Positions 43,739 to 57,041 of a stretch of DNA of 64,000 nt are shown here, one piece after another (the first letter of the stretch is position 1; each line of letters begins with the position of its first letter). The translations under genes were made by a program, and so were the position numbers. A model generated the notes under the pieces. It searched no databases. It saw nothing but the letters and a program-made list of their open reading frames with translations, and was not told where the DNA came from. Origin of the DNA: Eledone cirrhosa (Eukaryota); NCBI GenBank assembly GCA_964016885.1, contig OZ024751.1:26288001-26352000 (forward strand). Reading direction: 5' to 3'.

Positions 43739-43779
43739 GGGACCGTATCGGATATTAAACTGATAAGAACATACTACAC
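43739..43779 (-). pseudogene. U2 snRNA fragment
   Basis: Minus strand GTGTAGTA--TGTTCTTATCAGTTTAATATCCGATACG matches U2 GUGUAGUAUCUGUUCUUAUCAGUUUAAUAUCUGAUACG (branch-point recognition sequence and stem IIa). Confidence 0.85.
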
Positions 43780-44421
43780 ATTATATGTTACTGATGTTAT
43801 TTAACCCCGGGTCAACCTCAATTGTACCAAACCATTCCAAGTGTGGCCTTCCCCAGGGGTTATATCTTGGTCTGCATCAACTGTTTTTGTTTTGCCACAT
43901 TGTTTAAGACAGTAGGGGGAGGGGGCTCATTTGAGAGAGTTATGGCTGTTATTTCTAGCAAAATGAATGACCACGTAGAAGTCCAGCTTTTATTTATTTA
44001 TTGTTAATTTGTTGCTGCCTTCCTCTAGGATTGAACTTGTGTCGACAATTATTTCACTGTCCTTTCTTTTGAAATGTCAGAGCAAGAATTCAATTGACTA
44101 ATAATTTTGCCATTATTAAACTGGTGCCATTTGACATTAAGGAGGGGGGTGGGGGTATGAGAAACACACACACACAGTCACACACTCACACACACACATA
44201 CATAATTTGCAATTCTCAGTTAATGTGTATGACAGATTGCTTCATATATATATATATATATCAGACAGTCCTATGCGAGCAAGACAACCACTCTTGCCTC
44301 AAGTGGGAAAACTCCCGTCCAAACCCATGCAAGCATGGAACACGGACGTTAAACGATGATGATGATGATGATGATGATGATTGTTATACTTTGGGAGGGT
44401 CATGTTGCCAATAAGAAACTA

Positions 44422-44750
44422 CTTTGTTCTGTCCTACGCCATCTTGTTTTTTTTGAAAAACAAGATGGCGTAGGACAGAACAAAGGAGAGGCACAAAAAC
44501 AAAGAAAAGAATCCCCAGTCACTGATGAGGTCACAGAATGTGTGACGAAAGAACTTTGACAATATATAAACAACCATCTGGTTGTGGAACCAACCAAGCA
44601 ACCGGAAATTTATAAATTTATTATAATAAATTGAAGTGAAAGCAACTGGTGCGTGTGTTTCTTATTGGCAACATGACCCTCCCAAAGTATAACAATATCG
44701 GTTTCAACACACGTTTTCACATAAAGAATGTTGCTAAACAAATTCAGAAA

Positions 44751-44752
<2 letters not shown>
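44422..44752 (+). mobile_element. Penelope-like pLTR element (family 5) with 5' hairpin
   Basis: ~30-bp inverted arms at 44422-44485, a hammerhead, and a 3' end at (TA)n; an internal piece recurs at 41655-41695. Confidence 0.65.
44518..44560 (+). ncRNA. Minimal hammerhead ribozyme (family 5)
   Basis: GTCA-CTGATGA-G-GTCACA-GAATG-TGTGAC-GAAAGAACTT-TGAC. Confidence 0.75.
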
Positions 44753-44798
<46 letters not shown>

Positions 44799-45002
44799 TA
44801 CTTCACCACCACCAATCCCACCACTGCCACACCATTCACCCTGGCAGCTCCCACTTTGTCACACCAATCTCTCTCCCTCACATGCCACATCCCCCTCTCT
44901 TTGCATCTTTCCTTCATTTTAGTCTGTCTTTATTCTACACTCTGAACTGTGTTATTTCTGATGAAGGACATATACCCGACACATTGACTAACTTTCTTTT
45001 AA

Positions 45003-45223
45003 CCCTTTAGCATTCACATTACTCTATATTTACTATTGTATTTTCATGGTAAAGGCTTTACCTCACATAATTATCTCCCATAATATCGAAGCTACGAGAT
45101 TTTGATATTATTTATTTTGAGAACAATATCTCAACATCAGTATGAGTGGCCGATTACGGCTGGTTTGAACAGAAAAAGGTGAGAGAATTCTGGCCAGATA
45201 CGGCCGGTTTAAATGCTAAAGGG
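45003..45223 (+). mobile_element. piggyBac-like MITE, intact
   Basis: TTAA-ccctttagcatt...aatgctaaaggg-TTAA. Partial copies near 17485, 42870, 45603, 52695 and 60525. Confidence 0.85.
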
Positions 45224-45290
45224 TTAAGCGTTAATTAACTGTCAATGCATCCTCTTGTATGCTTGTTTTTTATATATATATATATATATA

Positions 45291-45495
45291 TAGTTATGTA
45301 ATAAACATAAGACAATTATTCCATTTACCAAAGGTTTCATGAAGACAGACGAGCACGACACAGACATCTGAACTTCGTGAAACCTTTGGTAAATGGAATA
45401 ATTGTCTTATGTTGTTTATTACATAACTAAATAGCTCTGTAGCCTACATAGAGCACTCTCCTTTCCTTTACCTTTCCTACGGAAACACTTAATAT
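45291..45495 (+). mobile_element. Fold-back element (family 4)
   Basis: Inverted arms 45291-45345 and 45372-45429; tail homologous to 5990-6062. Confidence 0.7.
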
Positions 45496-45682
45496 ATGTG
45501 TGTGTGTGTGTGTGTGTGCCTGTTAGAATTGTTTTTTAATTAACTAATTTGTTGAATGAAAATATCTTTGTATGTGTGTGCATTTAATTGGGAGTGTGTT
45601 TCTAACCCTTTAGCATTTAAACCGGCCGTATCTGGCCAGAATTCTCTCACCTTTTTCTGGTCAAACCAGCCGTAATCGGCTA

Positions 45683-45753
<71 letters not shown>

Positions 45754-45758
<5 letters not shown>

Positions 45759-45944
45759 AACAAGTAAGACCCCGACGGCTGAGCTCAAGCCGTTTCGACG
45801 GCTAATTCCGTCCAGAATTAGCCGTCGAAACGGCTTGAGCTCAGCCGTCGGGGTCTTACTTGTTCCTATTACCCACTCTACTACCCTAAGTATTGAGTAC
45901 TTTGGTGCGTTATGGTCCACCTGGTTCCTTACCACATTTCCTTC

Positions 45945-45950
<6 letters not shown>
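45754..45950 (+). mobile_element. (TA)n-embedded fold-back element (family 6)
   Basis: Palindrome 45754-45869 followed by a unique tail ending at (TA)n. Confidence 0.75.
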
Positions 45951-45977
<27 letters not shown>

Positions 45978-46539
45978 CCATTGGTCTATCCATTGCTGAT
46001 ACTGTCAGTCACAACTCCTGATATAAGATGACTCCTTTAATGTAGGGACTATAGAAAAATACTGTAAAATGGCATTGGAATGATGTGGTGTTAGGATGTG
46101 TTAGTAACCCTGTGAAAAAGATGTAGAGAAGGCCCTTCAGTCACTTGAACGATATAACAACCACTTTATGCTGGTGCCATCACCAAATGCACCCAGTACA
46201 CTCTAAAGTTGTTAGCATTAAGAAGGGTATCCAGCTGTAGAAACCATGCTAAAAATGGAGCATATTGAGCAAGATGTGGCCCAATGAACTATCAAGGAGG
46301 ACACTTGCTCTTATTAAGTACTGTTTTGGTCTGTAACAAACAGTCGAACCCATGCTAGCAGGGAAAGTGGATGTTAAATGATGATTGAAACATCTCTGTA
46401 AGATTTAGTTCCTTCAGTCTTAGAGTTTTAAGTGAGGAAATAGCAGAAACAGTTTTGTTGACTTAAGAAAACATTTTAGAAATCCCAAAATCAAGGAATT
46501 AACAACTACTACTACTACTACTGTCATTACAACAACTAT

Positions 46540-46587
<48 letters not shown>

Positions 46588-47744
46588 AACAATAATAATA
46601 CACCCTAACATTTTTTAACTGTGACTATCTTATTCCACCCATTGAAGAATGTTCTAGTTGGGTTGTGGTGAGTGCTTGAGGTGGTCGTGTTGGTGGTGGG
46701 TATTTGAGGTGGTGGTGTTGGTAGAGATATCTGTGGTGTTGGTGGTGGGTGTTTGAGGTGGTGGTGTTGGTGGAGATAGCTGTAGCAGTGACAATGGTGG
46801 AGGTGGTGGTGACAGCTGGGGTGGTAGTGGCAACAAAGGGAACAGATTCCACACCCCCTCTATCTACAATACAAGAAAGTCTTTATATTTATCTACAAAT
46901 CTTTCAGGTGGTTTCTTTGAAAACAGTTAAATAACATCAACACACCACACCTCACCACACTACACTGTACCACACCACACCACTACACACCACACCTCCC
47001 AACACACTACACTATACTACTCCACACACACCACATCTCACTACACCACACACTACACTACACAACACCACATCACATCTCACCACACCACCTCTGTACT
47101 ACACACCTTACTACATCTCACTACAGCACACACTATACTACATCACACTACACTACACTACACGGCACTGCACTGCATTGCACCACACCCAAATATACCC
47201 TGCCTCCCCTCCACAGAAACACAAACTATTTTACACATCACCAAGCCTCTTACTATCACACTGCACCTGTGCACAACACCAACATTTATTGCATCTCACT
47301 GCACCACACCACACCACACACCTCACCACCTCTACACCACACCATACACCTCACCACACTACACCACACCACACCACCCCACTGCACCTCTCTACACCAC
47401 ATCACCACACCTCTCTACATCACACCACCCCACTGCACCTCTCTACACCACCACTCCACCACACCCCACTGCACCTCTCTACACCACCACTCCACCACAC
47501 CACACCCCACTGCACCTCTCTACACCACCACTCCACCACACTCCACTGCACCTCTCTACACCACCACACCTCTCTACACCACACCACCACACCACACCAC
47601 CTCTCCACCACACCACCACACCACTGTAATGACATTAATTCAAATGACAATAGACTGAAATAAAAACATGGAATTCCAGTTGTTTAAATAATCTGTTGAG
47701 AGGAAATGAGAAGATTTGGAGTGTGTGTGTGGGGGGGGGGGGTA

Positions 47745-48425
47745 GTAGTAATGGTGGTGGTGGTGGTGGTGTTGATGATAGCAGTAATGGTGGTGGTGGT
47801 GGTGGTGGTGTTGATGATAGCAGTAATGGTGGTGGTGGTGGTGTTGATGATAGCAGTAATGGTGGTGGTGGTGGTGGTGGTGTTGATGATAGCAGTAATG
47901 GTGGTGGTGGTGGTGGTGGTGTTGATGATAGCAGTAATGGTGGTGGTGGTGGTGGTGGTGTTGATGATAGCAGTAATGGTGGTGGTGGTGGTGGTGGTGT
48001 TGATGATAGCAGTAATGGTGGTGGTGGTGGTGTTGATGATAGCAGTAATGGTGGTGGTGGTGGTGGTGTTGATGATAGCAGTAATGGTGGTGGTGGTGGT
48101 GTTGATGATAGCAGTAATGGTGGTGGTGGTGGTGGTGTTGATGATAGCAGTAATGGTGGTGGTGGTGGTGTTGATGATAGCAGTAATGGTGGTGGTGGTG
48201 GTGTTGATGATAGCAGTAATGGTGGTGGTGGTGGTGGTGGTGTTGATGATAGCAGTAATGGTGGTGGTGGTGGTGTTGATGATAGCAGTAATGGTGGTGG
48301 TGGTGGTGGTGTTGATGATAGCAGTAATGGTGGTGGTGGTGGTGTTGATGATAGCAGTAATGGTGGTGGTGGTGGTGTTGATGATAGCAGTAATGGTGGT
48401 GGTGGTGGTGTTATGACATCAGTAA
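47745..48425. repeat. GGT-rich minisatellite (gttgatgatagcagtaat + (ggt)n)
   Basis: About 19 units with variable GGT number. Confidence 0.95.
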
Positions 48426-49614
48426 TGTGGCATCATCATCATCATCATAGTTGACATTGTTGTCATCATTGTGCGTAGTAACAAAGAAAGAGAGAAGGAA
48501 AGTGTGTATGTATATATGTTATATATATGTGTGTGTGTGTGTTATATATGTGTGTATGTAATATATATGTTATATGTGTATGTATATGTTATACATATGT
48601 GTATGTATGTATATGTTGTGTGTGTGTGTAGACTGGGTAGAGTGAAACTGCTTAGAAACCCATCAGATGAACTGTTCACTATCACACTTGGTCACCACTA
48701 AAACCCATCAGATGGATTGTTCCCTATCACACTTGGTCACCTCCAGTCTCCCTGAGAATTGTGTTATTGGTACATGTGCCTATGGAATGCTCAGCCACTT
48801 ATGTCATAAATAGGCTGCTCTGTTGATCAAACAACTGGAAGACTCATCATGAAAACATGGCCTAGAGGTTGGGGTGTTGGACTTAGGTTTGCAATGTCAT
48901 GGGTTCAATTGATGGACAGGTTTCTGCATTGTGTTCTTGAGCAAAATATCTTATTTTATATTGCTCCAGTACACTCAGCTGCAAATGAGTACCAGTAGTA
49001 TCTACGGGTTTAACACTGCAATGGACTGGTGTCCTGTCTAGGGAGAAGTCTGGTATTCTCTCAGTCACCGAGAAAACTGGGATAAGCATCAACCTCATGA
49101 ACCTCTGCTTTGGGACAGAAAGGAAAACAATGGACACTATTACCAGCATTTAGACCAGGTCTAACCAAAACAACTGCAATATAGCATATAACCCTGTTGT
49201 TCACAATGTTTTCACTACAAAAGACTTCTTTTATTTAACTCTTAACATCTTGTAATGATTTTGCAGAAAATATTTTAAAACAGTTTATTTTAATTCAAAT
49301 GTTTGTAGTATCTTTACTAATGGACAGATCATTTTTTAAATGTTTAGCGTTTGACTAAAGTTTTTAAATGTTTAATGTGATGTGAACCTGGTGTACAGCA
49401 TCAGTTGTCCATAGGAAAGTAGTGATTTGTCAATTGACAGACATACGATAGTCACTAAGGTGAGCACGCCTTGCTCAAGTTAGTGTAAATGTGTTTTCAC
49501 ATGCCAACAAGCTCAGACATTCATTCAGTTCTTTCAGAGTGTGTGAAATTTTATATTAAGCACTCTTAGCATTTATTTCTCCTCTGAAATATTTTTGTCT
49601 TCTTTCTATTCCAG

Positions 49615-49756
49615 AATTATCCATGAGAAAGGCTACACTCAAGAAGAATGTCTACAATACAAACCAGTTGTGTACAGCAATATTATGCAATCTATGATGG
49701 CTATTATTCGGGCTATGGGCTTGCTGAAAATTAATTTTGGTTCTTTAGAACGAGAG
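49615..49756 (+). CDS. GNAI: G-alpha(i) exon 3
   Basis: ttccag/gtaagt; 142 bp; [47 protein letters not shown]; phase matches exon 2. Confidence 0.97.
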
Positions 49757-49864
49757 GTAAGTTGATGAAATTGAACATAATCTGGGGCAGCAAATAGGCA
49801 GAATTGTTAGAGTATCCGACAAAATACTTTGATATTTCTTCCCTTAGCTTTTTTTACCATGAGT

Positions 49865-51320
49865 TCAAATCCTGCCTGAGTGTAGTGGGAGTGGACCACA
49901 CCAGTTGGAATGGTTATTCCATGTCTCAAATCCTGCCTGAGTGTAGCGGGAGTGGACCACACCAGTTGGAATGGTTATTCCATGTCTCAAATCCTGCCTG
50001 AGTGTAGCGGGAGTGGACCACACCAGTTGGAATGGTTATTCCATGTCTCAAATCCTGCCTGAGTGTAGTGGGAGTGGACCACACCAGTTGGAATGGTTAT
50101 TCCATGTCTCAAATCCTGCCTGAGTGTAGTGGGAGTGGACCACACCAGTTGGAATGGTTATTCCATGTCTCAAATCCTGCCTGAGTGTAGTGGGAGTGGA
50201 CCACACCAGTTGGAATGGTTATTCCATGTCTCAAATCCTGCCTCAGTGTAGTGGGAGTGGACCACACCAGTTGGAATGGTTATTCCATGTCTCAAATCCT
50301 GCCTGAGTGTAGTGGGAGTGGACCACACCAGTTGGAATGGTTATTCCATGTCTCAAATCCTGCCTGAGTGTAGTGGGAGTGGACCACACCAGTTGGAATG
50401 GTTATTCCATGTCTCAAATCCTGCCTGAGTGTAGCGGGAGTGGACCACACCAGTTGGAATGGTTATTCCATGTCTCAAATCCTGCCTCAGTGTAGTGGGA
50501 GTGGACCACACCAGTTGGAATGGTTATTCCATGTCTCAAATCCTGCCTGAGCGTAGCGGGAGTGGACCACACCAGTTGGAATGGTTATTCCATGTCTCAA
50601 ATCCTGCCTGAGTGTAGTGGGAGTGGACCACACCAGTTGGAATGGTTATTCCATGTCTCAAATCCTGCCTGAGTGTAGTGGGAGTGGACCACACCAGTTG
50701 GAATGGTTATTCCATGTCTCAAATCCTGCCTGAGTGTAGTGGGAGTGGACCACACCAGTTGGAATGGTTATTCCATGTCTCAAATCCTGCCTCAGTGTAG
50801 TGGGAGTGGACCACACCAGTTGGAATGGTTATTCCATGTCTCAAATCCTGCCTCAGTGTAGTGGGAGTGGACCACACCAGTTGGAATGGTTATTCCATGT
50901 CTCAAATCCTGCCTGAGTGTAGTGGGAGTGGACCACACCAGTTGGAATGGTTATTCCATGTCTCAAATCCTGCCTGAGTGTAGTGGGAGTGGACCACACC
51001 AGTTGGAATGGTTATTCCATGTCTCAAATCCTGCCTCAGTGTAGTGGGAGTGGACCACACCAGTTGGAATGGTTATTCCATGTCTCAAATCCTGCCTGAG
51101 TGTAGTGGGAGTGGACCACACCAGTTGGAATGGTTATTCCATGTCTCAAATCCTGCCTCAGTGTAGTGGGAGTGGACCACACCAGTTGGAATGGTTATTC
51201 CATGTCTCAAATCCTGCCTGAGTGTAGTGGGAGTGGACCACACCAGTTGGAATGGTTATTCCATGTCTCAAATCCTGCCTGAGTGTAGCGGGAGTGGACC
51301 ACACCAGTTGGAATGGTTAT
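49865..51320. repeat. 61-bp homogeneous tandem array
   Basis: tcaaatcctgcctgagtgtagtgggagtggaccacaccagttggaatggttattccatgtc x ~24. Confidence 0.98.
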
Positions 51321-51711
51321 TTCAACATGTCTCCTTTTCCATCCTCTGGAACGTTTTCTCCATTCTGTCTACTGGGACCATGAGGCAGCCAGCACATGGG
51401 TTCCCCCACACACCATCTGGGACCTCGTCATTAGGATAGCGATGTTATGAAGGTCCTCTTCAGAATAAAACTGTAGTTATGTTGGAATTAGTGCAGTAAG
51501 TTGCCATAGTTACAATAAATATAAAGATCCCATAACTCCTTCTGGAGTCGTATATGTATATGTCTCTCAGCTGGAACACATAATATAAATATATATATAT
51601 ATATATACATACATACACGTGTACATATACACAATGCTCCATTGTCACCACCATCATTACAGGGTATTGCCCTCATTTAATGGTAAAAAGAATGAGTGGA
51701 TATATATATGG

Positions 51712-52050
51712 AGGCACATGGCTTAGAGCATTGGCCTTGCAATCGAAAGGTTGTGAGTTCAATTCTCAGACCGGGTGATGTGTTGTTTCCTTGAGCAAGA
51801 CACTTTATTTCACATTGCTCCAGTTTACTCAGCTGTAGAAATGAGATGATAGGGACTGGGGTCCATATCATTCCACTGCAAAGTGGTCGTGTAGGTGCCA
51901 CGGAATAAAAGCACCCAGCACTCACTGTAAATGAGGTTGGTGTTAGGAAGGGCATCCAGCTGTAGAAATCAAGCCAGAATCAGTTGCTGTCCCACCCTTG
52001 CAAGCAGGGAAAAGCGGACGTATGATGATGATGATGATGATGATGATGAT
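51712..52050 (+). mobile_element. tRNA-derived SINE with RTE-like tail
   Basis: Near-identical to 25942-26270. Confidence 0.85.
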
Positions 52051-52923
52051 ATATTACTAACCCATGCTAGCATGGAAAATGGATGTTAAACAATGATGAT
52101 GATATATATATATATTTAAGTTATTTTGATCAGCTTATTGTCAAACTGGTGGTTCTGGAAGGCACATCATAATGCAACGAATTACTAAAGCACTCAACAT
52201 TACAGCATATCATCCAGTACAGCCTTCTGCCCCAAATACAAACAATGGGTGCACAAGAGATGTAGTGGGATCTCAGCAGCATCATCATCATTGCCATCAC
52301 CATCACCATCCCCACCATTATCACCACCATCATCATGTTTACCCTAACCCTGTCAACAATGTTTCATGTGATGTGTCATTACTGTGTCTCTAATTAGTGT
52401 CTTTCTAGGTTAATTACTGGAACACATCTTACTCAGCATAGTAACAGATGAATGGCCTTACTAATGCCATCCATAGTTACAGATTATACTGGGTATATAT
52501 CATTGTGGCACCTGCATCAGAGAGGTTGCCATGTCCTTCACACAAAGAGTCCCCTATACCCTTTGTGACATGATTTCTCTGGCTGGATGCCCTCCCTATC
52601 ATCAACCATTTTACAGAGTGTACTAGGTGTATTTTATTGTGGTACCAACATTAGACAGGTGGTCATGCCACTGATGTAGTAGAAGAGCCCTGTAGCATTT
52701 AAACCGGCCATATCCAGCCACTCATACTGATGTTAAGGTATTGTTCTCAAAATAAATAATATCAAAATCTCATAGATTCAATATTATGTGAGATAAAGCC
52801 TTTAACACGAAACTACAATTGTAAATATAGAGTAATGTAAATGCTAAAAGGTTAAATGTTTATGAAAGAGTTAAATTAAAAATCTTAATTGCATTTTTTG
52901 TATTTTTTTTTACTTTTCTCCAG

Positions 52924-53081
52924 AATGACGCCAAAACCCTTTTTGAAATTTCCCAAAATTCTGATGAATGTGACATGACACCTGAATTATCTGCCCTTTA
53001 CATGCGACTCTGGAGTGACCCTGGTGTAATGTCGTGTGTGGCTCGATCTCGGGAGTATCAGCTCAATGATTCAGCTCAATA
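52924..53081 (+). CDS. GNAI: G-alpha(i) exon 4 (helical domain)
   Basis: ctccag/gtaagt; 158 bp; NDAKTLFEISQNSDECDMTPELSALYMRLWSDPGVMSCVARSREYQLNDSAQY. Confidence 0.96.
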
Positions 53082-53563
53082 GTAAGTTAACCCTAAAGCT
53101 CTCTATATACCTATCCCACTTCTGCAACCTTTTCATTTGACATTTTTCTGTTTTGTTTCATTTGTTCTGTCTTCATTACTGTAATTGGTAAAGTAATCTA
53201 TGATACATTTTAAAAAGATATATATAAACTGCATTACGGCGATATGTATTTTAATAATTGTTTCTACTTTAGGCACAAGGCCAGCAATTACCCAGTGCAT
53301 TACTGGTACTTTATTTTATCGACCCTGTAATGTATTTTAATAATGTGTTCAGAAAAAATAAAAAGGACACAGTTTCACAGTCCTTCAATCATTATATAGT
53401 AGATGGTTTACTTTGCCTTTCATCCTTACGGGGTCGATAAAATAAAGTACCAGTAATGCACTGGGTAATTGCTGGCCTTGTGCCTAACGTAGAAACAATT
53501 ATATAGTAGATGGTATTAAGATAACAAAATATTCATACATAAAGTCTTGTAGGAAGGTTTTTA

Positions 53564-54043
53564 CCATATATTTACTTCTATGTAAACCGAGAAATATGTG
53601 ATAAAAAAAATTTATGATATGGGAGTCGGCTTATATTCAAGGTCAATATTTGTCCGATTTTCAACCCAACTTCAAATTCTATGTAAATGAGTTGCTAAAA
53701 TATTTTTACTTTGGAAGCAAATATTACCTGACTTTTGTTTTGAAGGTAAATATTTCACGGGTTTCATTTTCTTATTTTGTTATGTTTTGAATGAATTTGG
53801 CCTTCAAAACAATGATAAATCAGTAAGATGTCATTATGTAATGGAGTTCTGAAACAATATACTCCAAATGACACTTTAAACATTTTAAATATCAAAATAT
53901 TAAAACTTCATAAATATATTCTTCACTCATGAGAATTTCTAAAGCACACACCATCTAAACATTGTTGGTTTATACAGGGTTTAGATCTTTGTCCATCTCT
54001 CACACATAAAATAGACAGTCAGCTTATATTTGAGTATATACAG
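53564..54043. mobile_element. Tc1/pogo-type MITE, decayed
   Basis: Ends resemble those of 7741-7926 (gcttatatttgagtatatacag-ta). Confidence 0.55.
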
Positions 54044-55611
54044 TATATATCTCAGGGAAGCAGAGGGGATGAGTTTATAACAAAAACGTTAAAATAGAGA
54101 GCTTTGGGTCAGACTTTAGGCCAGTTTCAGGCAGTTTACTATCAAAAGGGTTAAAGTTTTGTTATATTTCTAATGAAAAGCATTGAATATGGGTTTTAAA
54201 TAATTGTAAGATTGGAGGGATTTACCTAATATAGCTGGGGTTTGAAGGGGAACGAAGGTTCTAACATAAAATTACCATGGAAGATTTCTAGATAAATATA
54301 AACATTTTAAAAACAAGCAGTTTGTGTGTGTGTCAGTCTGTATGGGTGTGTGTATGTGTGTCAGTCAGTCTATATGTGTGTGTGTCAGGCTGTAGGTATG
54401 TGTGTGTGTCAGTCTGTATGCGTGTGTGTCAGTCTATACGTGTGTGTGTGTGTGTGTGTGAATATATTTAGTTAAAGTAACGTTGGTAGCTGTTATATAA
54501 GCCATGAGACTGGCAGGGAGTATTCTAGTTGTAAGTCTATATATGGCTACAGGTTTCTATGTATGTCTGTGTGTCCACGTGTATGAACATATGTGTGAAT
54601 TGTATACATGTATGTATATATATATGTGGGAGTGGCAATGTCACAGATTGCCTTACACCAAATGTATACAACACAAACACACACATACATGCAAACTTGT
54701 ACACACACACAGACAAGCTTGTATACATACATACACAGACATCTACATGATGGGCAGGTCACCACCACCTAGTTTAATAAAAACATCAGTTTTATCTGAA
54801 TTTAGGTTGAGTTAGAATTGGGATAGTCTGAATAGGGTGGCTCTTGTTGGCTCCTTGGCAGCAGCGGTAGAGGGTCGGACGCCATGCTTTGACGCAAAGA
54901 GTTACGGCCCTTTACGATCTGAATTCAAATCCCGTCGAGGTTAACTTTGCCTTTAATCCTTACGGGGTCGATAAAATAAAGTACCAGTAATGCACTGAGT
55001 AATTGCTGGCCTTGTGCCAAAAGTAGAAACAATTATATATATATATATGTGTGTATACATGTGGCTGTATATATATATATATGTGTGTAAAAGTATGTCA
55101 GTATGTAACCCACGCCACCACCATCACTACTACCACCACCACCACTATTACCACCACCACCACTATTACCACCACTACCACCACTTACCACCACCACCAC
55201 TACCATTACTACCACTACCACTACTACTATTACCATCACCACCACTACCATCACTGGGTGAAGCTGGTAGGTCAGATGAGGGTAGTTGGGAGGCAAGCCA
55301 GATGTGAGGGTGGGGGTGATTGGTAATATCGATGGATTGTCACACAATATGCTTTGCGACGTTTAATTACAACTTTCCACATTCTGAGTTCAAACCCCAC
55401 CAAGGTCAATTTTGCATTTCATCTTTCTGGGGTCAATATGAGGTCCCAGTTTAAGTATTAGGAGCAATAGAACTGACTTTCCTTTTCCCCCAAAATTGTT
55501 GACCTCATGGGCAGAAAGATTTATTTTAGTCATTTACGTTGGAACAACTACATTTCATATTTTGTCCATGTTTGTGAAGTGAAGCTGTTAAGATATTTCT
55601 GTATTTTCCAG

Positions 55612-55740
55612 TTACCTAAACGCCTTGGAGAGAATCTCCCAACCTAACTACATACCAAATATTCAGGATGTTTTACGGACTAGAGTGAAAACAACTGGAA
55701 TTGTAGAGACACATTTTACATTTAAGGAACTACGTTTCAA
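55612..55740 (+). CDS. GNAI: G-alpha(i) exon 5 (switch I)
   Basis: ttccag/gtaagt; 129 bp; [43 protein letters not shown]. Confidence 0.97.
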
Positions 55741-56069
55741 GTAAGTCTTTCTCTTCTTTCACCCTTATCTAGATCATTGGGGCCTTAATCATTGAAGGCC
55801 TACTGAGAATGCTTGCTGTTGCTTAACGAGCTACAGTTCGGGGGCAGGTCTCCCTGCTACAGTTAGGGACCACGTCTCCCTGCCTCAGTTAGGGACCAAA
55901 TTTGATAAGGTCATCAATATACAAAGAAATAAAAGAATGTTTTACAGCCAGATGGTATCAACCCTTTTCGTCACTTCTTACAACATGCAGAGATACAATG
56001 TACCTATTCTAAAAGCTCTCTCTCTCTCTCTCTGTCCCTCACTCTCACTGCCACTATCTATCTCTCCAG

Positions 56070-56199
56070 AATGTTCGATGTTGGAGGTCAAAGATCCGAG
56101 AGGAAGAAGTGGATCCACTGTTTTGAAGGAGTCACAGCTATAATATTTATTGTGGCCATGAGTGAATATGACTTGATGTTGGCTGAGGACCAAGAAATG
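56070..56199 (+). CDS. GNAI: G-alpha(i) exon 6 (DVGGQ, switch II)
   Basis: ctccag/gtgagt; 130 bp; [43 protein letters not shown]. Confidence 0.98.
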
Positions 56200-56720
56200 G
56201 TGAGTTTATCACATAACACACTGTGACATGACACTACAACTCACAACACAATGAAGCTACAACTCTATTACACACAATACACAACACTATAACTATATAA
56301 CTCACAACATATGAGACATAACACTCTTATAGTATTATCTGACAGGATTTCACATGTTAAGGACCCACAACTGTGGAGTTTATATCAGACATTGTGTTGA
56401 CAACTTTCAATGGCTCTGTTTAAATAAATTTTCTTTTATTATATCAAATATTTTAACATCTCTGGTAGGACATTTCTTTTTAGATGTTATTTCAGTGAAG
56501 TATTATAATAGGAAATAATAGTAATAACATGTGAGGAATGTGTTGTTCCCACCTACTTCCACCTCCTCCACACCCTTGCTGTTAATGTCCTCAGTAAATC
56601 ATTCATTTAATAACATTAAAAAAACAAGGGATGAGTCCATGTGGAAAATCATATATACATACATATATATATACACACACACGCACGCGTGTATATATAT
56701 ATATACATACACACGCACGC

Positions 56721-56759
<39 letters not shown>

Positions 56760-56774
56760 CATACACACGCACGC

Positions 56775-56823
<49 letters not shown>

Positions 56824-56838
56824 CATACACACGCACGC

Positions 56839-56881
<43 letters not shown>

Positions 56882-56896
56882 CATACACACGCACGC

Positions 56897-56934
<38 letters not shown>

Positions 56935-56936
56935 GC

Positions 56937-56972
<36 letters not shown>

Positions 56973-57002
56973 GCGTGTATATATATATATATATATATAC
57001 GC

Positions 57003-57041
<39 letters not shown>

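Noticed and set aside
47696-48454. Gly-rich GGGGVDDSSN repeat protein
   Set aside because: Intronic GGT minisatellite with no coding context; another frame is equally open.
49865-51320. CRISPR-like regular array (also 27597-28383 and 2648-3160)
   Set aside because: Head-to-tail identical units with no unique spacers, no cas genes, eukaryotic context.
52244-52270. ATGGGTGC start resembling G-alpha exon 1
   Set aside because: Lies downstream of exons 2-3 and does not encode the Gi N-terminus.
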